Below, one piece after another: positions 57,147 through 64,000 of a stretch of 64,000 bases of DNA. Within the stretch, counting starts at the first letter, position 1; the number at the start of each line of letters is the position of its first letter. The notes under the pieces were generated by a model, which was given only the letters and a program-made list of their open reading frames with translations, was not told the DNA's origin and searched no databases. The stretch is taken from positions 11,805-75,804 of IMG/VR virus record IMGVR_UViG_3300037851_001309; one strand, 5' to 3'. Origin of the DNA: a virus (taxonomy: Duplodnaviria > Caudoviricetes). The position numbers and the translations under genes were made by a program.

Positions 57147-58127
57147 TTAATTGAATAGTCCGGCCAATTTCGCCTTTTCTTCCTCTGTCATCTCACCAAC
57201 TTCATCAGATGATACCACTCCCAAAGGGGTCTCCATTGTGATGTCACCAAATGTTATTGATGCAAGAATATCCGTATTAACAGTCGATTTCTTCTCTTCT
57301 TCAGGTTGTACCTCTTCAGGAACTTTTTTCTCAGCCGAAGAAACTTCTCCGCTCTTTTCATCTTTCTTTACTTCTTCAAGAGCTTTCTCAGCGGGCATTT
57401 CCTTTTTTGGCTCTTCTTTCGGAGTTTCCTTTGATTCTTTCGGAGTTTCCTTCTCAGCCTTTTCCTCAGCTTCCCCTTCTTCAGCCTCGTCATCACTTTC
57501 GTCCATGCCGAGAACATCAGAAACGATAGCCTTGGCAACCCTATTCATCGCTTCCTTCGTCCAGAAATCCTGAATTTCAGAAGCTTCAACTTCTTCTTTC
57601 TTTTCTTCAACCTCCTTAGGTTCTTCCTCAGAGGCTCCTTTCACTTTTTTCTTGCACTTAACACAATACTTGGTCTGTTCTAAAACCTTCGTACCACATG
57701 TCGGACACGGAAAAGTCTTCGCAGCTTCGACCAGTATCCCATCAAAACTCGGAGCATCACTAGCCTGACGCTTTGAAAACTCTTCATCCTTCATTTTCGA
57801 TACTGCCATAGCCATAGTTCGAAGATCAACTCCTATCGGATCATTCTCTGTAAAGTTTTTAGAGAGAATGTCTAAACTTGCAATCAATGATTTTCTGTCC
57901 ATTAGCATAGCCTCCCGTTTGTTTATTTGCCGGTTTCTATTTGGATAGAAATCAGAATTGTGCCTCTGATCTCTAAACGCCTCAACAGCCTCTGCCTTAG
58001 CGTTTTCATAAGTTTCATTCTTGAGTATCTCTTCCGGCCTAAAATAGAGACGTTGCTGAACGGGGATCCTGGTCGGATCAATGAGAAAATCAAGAATGTT
58101 ATTTGCTATTTTTTTAGGATTCACCAT
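57147..58127 (-). CDS. Hypothetical acidic low-complexity protein with a Zn ribbon (326 aa)
   Basis: CPTC...CVKC motif; long E/K-rich C-terminal tract; GGAG RBS. Confidence 0.75.
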   Translation of the reverse strand: MVNPKKIANNILDFLIDPTRIPVQQRLYFRPEEILKNETYENAKAEAVEAFRDQRHNSDFYPNRNRQINKREAMLMDRKSLIASLDILSKNFTENDPIGVDLRTMAMAVSKMKDEEFSKRQASDAPSFDGILVEAAKTFPCPTCGTKVLEQTKYCVKCKKKVKGASEEEPKEVEEKKEEVEASEIQDFWTKEAMNRVAKAIVSDVLGMDESDDEAEEGEAEEKAEKETPKESKETPKEEPKKEMPAEKALEEVKKDEKSGEVSSAEKKVPEEVQPEEEKKSTVNTDILASITFGDITMETPLGVVSSDEVGEMTEEEKAKLAGLFN

Positions 58128-58139
58128 AGGTTACTCCGT

Positions 58140-58172
58140 AAAAAAGGAATGGGGAGAGCCTAAGCCCTCCCC
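58140..58172 (-). terminator. Intrinsic terminator after the tail sheath gene
   Basis: Minus strand GGGGAGGGC-ttag-GCTCTCCCC followed by ATTCCTTTTT. Confidence 0.75.
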
Positions 58173-58181
58173 AAACCAATC

Positions 58182-60971
58182 TTATATCCTGCTTCTGAGA
58201 TTGAATGTCACAATGATCCAGTTAAGAGGCAGAACCGGTGAATAGTAAGCTTCGACATTGACTGTCGTTGGCTCATTAGCATCCGGAACGGCCTTTACCC
58301 CGGTGAACGCTGTGATAATCTGGGCCCCCTGCAGAGCACTGAGATACGACTTGAGCGTATTCTCAATTTCAGAAGTTCTCGAAGGCAGGAACTTTGTTCC
58401 GATATACGAAGCAAGAGCACTACGCGTACCCTTCTGCACAAAGTCCTTAATCCTGATAACCGACGGAGTCCGAGTCAGAACTGATGAAACATCTGTCGTC
58501 AGATCCATCTTCACCAGAATTCCAGAAGGCTGTTCTTCAAGCATTGTCACACCAGCATTGCAAACCTGTGCTTGAGTAACAGGATCCATTCTGCGGAACA
58601 ACCGTGTAAACCCTACAACCGGCTTACGCAAGAGAGGCTCAGCAACATCATATGCCGGTGAAGTATCCCGACCGCAGATCGCCGCAGCCAAAAGATCTCC
58701 ACCAACAATGTAATCCACATTGTTACCAAGCTCATCAGTCAGCGTCACTATACCACCATCAGGGTAAATGGCTACCATACGCTCATTGTTCATTGACTGA
58801 GCATAAACCATCGCTGCTGACGGTGTCGTGTTATTCGCAAAACCGAAATAAGTCATACGCTCATTCTGATAACGGATTGACGACTGGATCGTATTGCTGG
58901 TCTTCAAATAAGCCAGAATCGATCGAGAAGTCGTCACCGGTTCCATTAGAGACGGACGCAGACCATTGGTCATCGGTGCATTGAAATAATCAATACCCGT
59001 AATATAAGCCGAATCACCTGCATCGGTACCGCCAACGGCCTTCTTAAGCTGCATAAGGGCCATGGCAGGTGCTCCATTAAGGAACGCAAGATGAGCGGCA
59101 AGGCCCAGCTTGTTATTGATCGTGAGAGGACCGGAATAGGCAATCGCATCCTTTTCCAGTGTCACAAATACTGGAGCAAGAATACCATTATCATCGAATT
59201 CCTTATTGTCCAGGTAGGACACATAATAGAAATCTCCGATATTGGGCTCGGCACCACTCTTATTGTAGGTATTGAGCAATCCTGTATCACCCGCATTAAC
59301 CCCTTCCGTATCCGTTACAAAAACGCGGATACCAGGAATTGCACGGGTCGGAATTGCACCAGAAAGAATAGTTGCTGAAGAGATATAACCAATCTTATCC
59401 CCAGTCTGATAGGTCACCGTTGAACCTTGATTGACAGTAACCCGGAAACCGGTCTTATTGTCAATGTACGTCTGATTCAAGTAACCGGTATTATCTCCGG
59501 CGGTTCCCGTACCACTGGGATTATCAGAAGTCACATTATACCGAGTGGAATCAATAAAAGTCAGAAAAACAGTTTCAGCAACGCCATAACCAGGCATCAC
59601 CTGTGCATCACTGTTACCAGTCCCGGTTCCATTCGGATACGTAACGTTTTCCGTTGCAAAATCAGGATCAGCAACAGTCGTATCACTTGTTGACCAGACG
59701 ATATTGTAAGCGTCCCCTGAATTCGCACCAGAGATTGAATAGGTACCAACACCCGAAGCTCCTGCAAGAACACTGGTAAGTGTCCAGTTATCATCAGGAA
59801 GCTGGTTGTGGTATTGGGTAACATAGACTTTCTGACCGGTTGTCGGTGGAACCTTAAGCTTCAAAACCTTATTGGCTGCCGAAAGTTCTGTAACCTGAGC
59901 CACTGTAGCACTTGTCGGGCTTGTCCCAACATAAGCAGTGATCAAATCAGGATTATCTGTGGGCTTGCCCTGACCGGTTCCTTTTGTAGGAACATAGTTA
60001 AGAGCAAAATTTACGTTCGTACCATCCGATGTTCCACTGGCCTGACGACGGAAAATACGGTTGTCAAAGAGAGTTCCAGAAACCTGGCTATACAGATAGG
60101 TCGCGCCAGATGTGTGGGAACCATAAGCCAGTTTGTAGGAATTTCCCCAGTTAACCGTATTGAAAGCACCCGTAGTATCCAGGACATAATCAACAGTGTT
60201 GACGAAATCCTGAGATGTTGCACTGTAGCCAATCTTCGTGATCGAATTAACATGGTCAGAAGGAAGGATATCATAGGTATCCTGATAATCATTGCTAAAA
60301 TAAGTAACCGTAACCGTGGCACCAGATGCCGGAGCAGTAGCAAGAGCTATCTGTCCAGAATCTCCATCAACAGCCGAAACAGTAACCGGCGTACCGTTTA
60401 CCTTAACAAGAACTTTGCCAGGATCAGTCGTTGTAATACCACCGTCGGTACCATCAACGATAGGGACATTCTCAACCTTGAAAATTTTGTTGACACCGTC
60501 AGCCTGGATACTGAGATCTTCATTCTGATACCAAGTGTCTTTCCTTTTGAAATAATACGTCATCTCAACGACATCCCCAGCAGCCGGAAATGACATGAGA
60601 TAAACAGTTCCTGTTTCCGCATCAATAGATGCTACCGGAACCGAGTCACCATTAACATAGGCTGTAACTGCACGAGGATCTGTAGCTGGAGTCCCAGTCC
60701 CTGCACCCGTGGTGATAGGATAGAAAGTAACTTGGAAATTGCGATTCGTTCCCGTAACCTGGGAAGAGACATCTTCTTTAGTAATCTTGTTATCGGCCAT
60801 TGCGCTGGAGCCACGGATCATTTCCCAGGCAGTGACAGGGATAACTTCGTCACCCACACCAATAAAGGCGGGGAAACGAAGAGAACCAGCAGCACTAACT
60901 CGTGGGGGCTCATTGAGCGTCTTAGTATAAACGCCCGGAAAAGTAAAACTGTCAAAAGGTCCTATTGCCAT
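58182..60971 (-). CDS. Contractile tail sheath protein (929 aa) with inserted outer beta-domains
   Basis: N-terminal FPGVYTK...PAFIGVG; C-terminal NERMVAIYP, LLAAAICG, EPLLRKPVVGF, VRIKDFV...YIGTKF...LSALQGAQII...VEAYYSPVLPLNWIIVTF. Confidence 0.93.
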   Translation of the reverse strand: MAIGPFDSFTFPGVYTKTLNEPPRVSAAGSLRFPAFIGVGDEVIPVTAWEMIRGSSAMADNKITKEDVSSQVTGTNRNFQVTFYPITTGAGTGTPATDPRAVTAYVNGDSVPVASIDAETGTVYLMSFPAAGDVVEMTYYFKRKDTWYQNEDLSIQADGVNKIFKVENVPIVDGTDGGITTTDPGKVLVKVNGTPVTVSAVDGDSGQIALATAPASGATVTVTYFSNDYQDTYDILPSDHVNSITKIGYSATSQDFVNTVDYVLDTTGAFNTVNWGNSYKLAYGSHTSGATYLYSQVSGTLFDNRIFRRQASGTSDGTNVNFALNYVPTKGTGQGKPTDNPDLITAYVGTSPTSATVAQVTELSAANKVLKLKVPPTTGQKVYVTQYHNQLPDDNWTLTSVLAGASGVGTYSISGANSGDAYNIVWSTSDTTVADPDFATENVTYPNGTGTGNSDAQVMPGYGVAETVFLTFIDSTRYNVTSDNPSGTGTAGDNTGYLNQTYIDNKTGFRVTVNQGSTVTYQTGDKIGYISSATILSGAIPTRAIPGIRVFVTDTEGVNAGDTGLLNTYNKSGAEPNIGDFYYVSYLDNKEFDDNGILAPVFVTLEKDAIAYSGPLTINNKLGLAAHLAFLNGAPAMALMQLKKAVGGTDAGDSAYITGIDYFNAPMTNGLRPSLMEPVTTSRSILAYLKTSNTIQSSIRYQNERMTYFGFANNTTPSAAMVYAQSMNNERMVAIYPDGGIVTLTDELGNNVDYIVGGDLLAAAICGRDTSPAYDVAEPLLRKPVVGFTRLFRRMDPVTQAQVCNAGVTMLEEQPSGILVKMDLTTDVSSVLTRTPSVIRIKDFVQKGTRSALASYIGTKFLPSRTSEIENTLKSYLSALQGAQIITAFTGVKAVPDANEPTTVNVEAYYSPVLPLNWIIVTFNLRSRI

Positions 60972-61088
60972 AATAACCTCCGTGAATTGTTTTTGTTACC
61001 AGGTTTTTCTCATATCTTATTGTTATCTCATTTGGATTTGATTAAATCTTATTTGTTATCTGGTATCTTGAAAAATTACGGAGGTCCC

Positions 61089-61517
61089 TTAAAATGCTCC
61101 TTTTTCAGTAAATTGTGAAAGGCCTTTCTCAGATAGTTGTTTCTGATGCTCCTGAAGCGCTCCTACATATTCTTTTCTATCAGCAACCTCTTTTTTACTA
61201 CCTAAACCCATGACAGGCATATACTTACCATCTTTGGTTTTAGGAAGGTCAAAACTTTGAAGTTGCTTGTCTCCACGCCTTTTTGTTTGATTGTCGTGAT
61301 AATTCTGCCATCGTTTGTTCGCTTCCCGCCCTACCTGCATATCAATTGTTTCGTTAGAACTCCCCCCTGAAATCGTATGGGAGAAAGCACTCACTTTACG
61401 GCGAGACTCCGAACCACAACTCCGACAAGGCATCACGTCAGCAGAGGCATCCTTTATGCTTTTAAGCTCTTCAAACCTAAGTCCACAGGATCCACATTTG
61501 TATTCATATATTGGCAT
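61089..61517 (-). CDS. FmdB-family zinc-ribbon protein
   Basis: MPIYEYKCGSCGLRFEEL...CRSCGS...RRKVS signature. Confidence 0.85.
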   Translation of the reverse strand: MPIYEYKCGSCGLRFEELKSIKDASADVMPCRSCGSESRRKVSAFSHTISGGSSNETIDMQVGREANKRWQNYHDNQTKRRGDKQLQSFDLPKTKDGKYMPVMGLGSKKEVADRKEYVGALQEHQKQLSEKGLSQFTEKGAF

Positions 61518-61597
61518 ACGCTCACTCCGGTTTTTAGGGGCAGCTACAAACCCCCATCATTAGTTTCTATGTATTAGAAGACTATTAAACATCTTTA

Positions 61598-62953
61598 TCA
61601 CAAAACTCTCTCGTAACCTACTGCAGGATATTTAATTACGGGTCTTGTGTCGGTAACTAAACCGGTATCCATAGAAAAATGCTTCAGAATGTACATATGA
61701 GGCACAAACTGTTGCCATTCAGTCATAACACTAAGATCTACTGAGGATTCATAATAAAGATCACCTGTCGATTCAATAAACGTCTCCTCTGACTCCCCTG
61801 TAGGCTCTATCCTGCTAAGCGTAATCCCTTCAAATTCCATAAGATTCTTACGTACTGCCCACAACCAATTCACCACTTGATCCGTCATCTCCTCCATCTG
61901 TCTGGCATCCCTGGAAATTACCCCAAGAGATATAGCCATATCCCAATGGCCTCCATAAATCGATGCCTGAGACTCCCGAAACTCTGTAACCACTATTACC
62001 TGACGGTCCCCCTTTTTAGCCCTTCTGCCTACACAAAGAACCACACCCTTGATTGCATCATGATTTTCCTGGTATTCCTCAATCTTAAAAGGACCCAAAG
62101 GATCAGCAAAAGGCCTGTATCGATAATCTGCCAACATCTGATACCCGGATTCTATTGGATGCTGAAAAGAAATTTCTCCATTAACGTTATTAATGGTGTA
62201 ATCCGTACCTGGAACCAGAATGATTACCGATTCACTATTTGCATATTTCATTATGATTTCTTCTGACGTTGGGACTATAGTACCATGAGCTAACGATACC
62301 GTAGTCTCCAACCCTGTAGTCTTCTCAAAAAGAACTTCTTTGTTAATGACATAGGCCGGATCAATATAGAATTCAGTATCTTCCGTGAAGTCAACATAAT
62401 ACAACCCAGGAGGAGCAATCGTCCTATACCAATAAGAAACCTTAATTAGTGACCCTGAAGAAGGGCACCCTGAAAGAATAAACTGCCCTTTTTTCCCATC
62501 AACAGACTCCACCTGTGCAACAAGATTATTGACAGTAACCACAATCTGCCCTGAACTTACTGCATACTCAGTTTCCGCCGGACCACTAACGATAGGATGT
62601 GCCGTATAGAATAGGCGGTTAGTAGGATCTACCTGACTGGAAACGTCTTCATTCTCGATATATTTCGTGATATCATTCGTATTTTCCCGTACCCATTCAA
62701 TAGCTACCCCAGGATTATTCTTGTCGGTTGCCAGGCGGACGTGGGATTTGAGATCAGCCATGTAATTATCAGCCGACATTCTCATGAGGGATGCGGACGT
62801 GTTACGAAGAATCACCCCATACTGAGGCCTTTCTTCATAAGGGAATTTATTCTTAACAATAACCTTTTCGGAAAAGGCTGGATGGTTCAGAAAGGCTTCT
62901 TCAACCTCTCTGAGTATCCGACGCTTTACTCCATACATTAAATTCTGATACAT
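61598..62953 (-). CDS. Neck / tail-completion-type protein with inserted beta-modules
   Basis: Position upstream of the sheath; C-terminal WDMAISLGVISRDARQMEEMTDQV...YYESSVDLSVMTEW resembles tail terminator folds; carries a module shared with the sheath. Confidence 0.55.
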   Translation of the reverse strand: MYQNLMYGVKRRILREVEEAFLNHPAFSEKVIVKNKFPYEERPQYGVILRNTSASLMRMSADNYMADLKSHVRLATDKNNPGVAIEWVRENTNDITKYIENEDVSSQVDPTNRLFYTAHPIVSGPAETEYAVSSGQIVVTVNNLVAQVESVDGKKGQFILSGCPSSGSLIKVSYWYRTIAPPGLYYVDFTEDTEFYIDPAYVINKEVLFEKTTGLETTVSLAHGTIVPTSEEIIMKYANSESVIILVPGTDYTINNVNGEISFQHPIESGYQMLADYRYRPFADPLGPFKIEEYQENHDAIKGVVLCVGRRAKKGDRQVIVVTEFRESQASIYGGHWDMAISLGVISRDARQMEEMTDQVVNWLWAVRKNLMEFEGITLSRIEPTGESEETFIESTGDLYYESSVDLSVMTEWQQFVPHMYILKHFSMDTGLVTDTRPVIKYPAVGYERVL

Positions 62954-63972
62954 TATCTATGTGCCTCATCATAATTGAGAGCAGCCACCAAAAGACCTTG
63001 GGCGACTGCATTCAAAGGATCACTGGCAAGTCTAATTTCAGAAATAGGTATAGGGAACTTATCCCTTACAGATTCAAAGGCCATCTTGAAAAATTCCAAG
63101 AAATTATTTGGCAAAGCCGTACCACCAGACAAGATGATTGGGACAGCCGTCGGCAAATCAATCGTTCCCTGCTTCTTCAAAAATTCCTGCCTAACCGAAT
63201 CCAAAGCATAGAGAATGAGCGATTTATAATAAACAACGATGGCTTCCCGTTCCCGAACTGTTTTGGGATCACCCTTGGACGGATCCATTAAATCTATGCC
63301 CTTCTCTTTAATTGACTGAATACGAGAAGCCGTTGTACCCGTGGATTTGGCAGCGCTCATATCAATCCAATCCCCAGAACGGGCAACAGAAAAGGCCATC
63401 CCAATAATCGTCTGGTACATAAGGCATACGTTGACCATGCCGGCTCCAAAAGACAAAGCCAAAGCGGAAAAATTTTCAGGGGCAGCATTACTGTAAGCAA
63501 TTGCTGCTGCTTCATTCAAAGATACTGGTTTATATCCTAACTGCCCTATAAGTTTTGAGAACATTGCACTATGATAAATAACGTCCATTTCCATGTCAGT
63601 GGCTGCTGCTGGCACTGAATAAAAACAAACTTCGGGCACCTGGGACTGGGACCTACCAAGAATGGTTTCAAGAAGAACCAACAGTACTTTCTCTGCTTCC
63701 AATTCTCCTGGAGCAATTACCCCACGGGACATAGGCCTTCGGGCTTCTTTACGAAAGATATTTGCAAGGACGACTGCTGGATCTCCAATCACATATATCT
63801 TTTCTCCAGCTTCAATAAAATCAGTCTTTGAAAGCTTTAGCATGTTCTTGACTTGTGCTTCATTATCAAGATCAAGAAAAGCGTCTCGTATCGACTTAAG
63901 TTTAATCGAGTTGTTTACATCTGGTTTTGCTGAAACCAAAAAACAAGTCCCGATATCACATCCAACACTCAT
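62953..63972 (-). CDS. Actin-fold ATPase (MreB/MamK/ParM superfamily)
   Basis: Phosphate-1 VGCDIGT, connect-1 LNEAAAIAY, phosphate-2 variant ALSFGAGMVN, SVARSGDWID, adenosine ILSGGTAL and connect-2 DPLNAVAQGLL; 339 aa; no Hsp70 substrate-binding domain. Confidence 0.88.
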   Translation of the reverse strand: MSVGCDIGTCFLVSAKPDVNNSIKLKSIRDAFLDLDNEAQVKNMLKLSKTDFIEAGEKIYVIGDPAVVLANIFRKEARRPMSRGVIAPGELEAEKVLLVLLETILGRSQSQVPEVCFYSVPAAATDMEMDVIYHSAMFSKLIGQLGYKPVSLNEAAAIAYSNAAPENFSALALSFGAGMVNVCLMYQTIIGMAFSVARSGDWIDMSAAKSTGTTASRIQSIKEKGIDLMDPSKGDPKTVREREAIVVYYKSLILYALDSVRQEFLKKQGTIDLPTAVPIILSGGTALPNNFLEFFKMAFESVRDKFPIPISEIRLASDPLNAVAQGLLVAALNYDEAHR

Positions 63973-64000
63973 TTTTCCTCCCTTGTAAATTATTTTATGT

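Larger units (their letters stand above)
1..64000 (-). mobile_element. Segment of a large contractile-tailed (myovirus-type) bacteriophage genome: tail/baseplate, replication and accessory modules
   Basis: Sheath, tube, tape measure, spike, hub and baseplate J/gp25-like genes lie next to PolA, DnaB, SNF2, UvrD and a sigma factor. All are co-oriented and densely packed, with no host housekeeping operons. Head genes are not in the window. Confidence 0.93.

Noticed and set aside
59808-60593. Long + strand ORFs (261 aa here; also 7264-7863, 17477-17938, 53711-54163 and others)
   Set aside because: They are antisense shadows of well-supported minus-strand genes, with no motifs or RBS.
14661-62953. 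Extracellular contractile injection system or tailocin instead of a phage
   Set aside because: Head genes are absent from the window, but the tail genes are contiguous with a phage-type replication and sigma module, and the tape measure is very long. A phage is more parsimonious.
1-64000. Stop-codon reassignment (alternative genetic code)
   Set aside because: Standard translation yields full-length genes at very high coding density, ending in TAA, TGA or TAG.

Overview
This window is a 64-kb segment of a large tailed bacteriophage with a contractile (myovirus-type) tail. All convincing genes lie on the minus strand, in standard genetic code, with many AGGAG-type ribosome-binding sites and overlapping stop/start codons. 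In transcription order (64000 -> 1) there are three blocks. (1) Virion block: an actin-fold ATPase coupled to a neck/tail-completion gene, an FmdB-type Zn ribbon, tail sheath, tail tube, two chaperone-like genes, a 1957-aa tape measure, two tube-initiator-like paralogues, baseplate hub, central spike, very large modular baseplate/fibre proteins, and gp25-like, baseplate J-like and gpI-like wedge proteins. It ends at a hairpin near 14.6 kb. (2) Replication/transcription block: SNF2 helicase, a degenerate DnaC-like loader, a DnaB-like helicase, a stand-alone primase Zn-finger, a family A DNA polymerase and a sigma70-family factor. (3) Accessory block: GT2 glycosyltransferase, a DUF2997-like/DUF1257-like/Ycf46-type AAA+ triad, a Vwaint-like protein with a G11 tract, small ORFs and a UvrD/PcrA helicase that runs off the left edge. 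No capsid, portal, terminase, integrase, tRNA or CRISPR array was recognised. The best leads are the actin-like gene inside the morphogenesis operon, the three-gene AAA+ module, a family of beta-modules reused across several virion proteins, and an atypical replisome. All family assignments come from reading motifs by eye; no database search was run.
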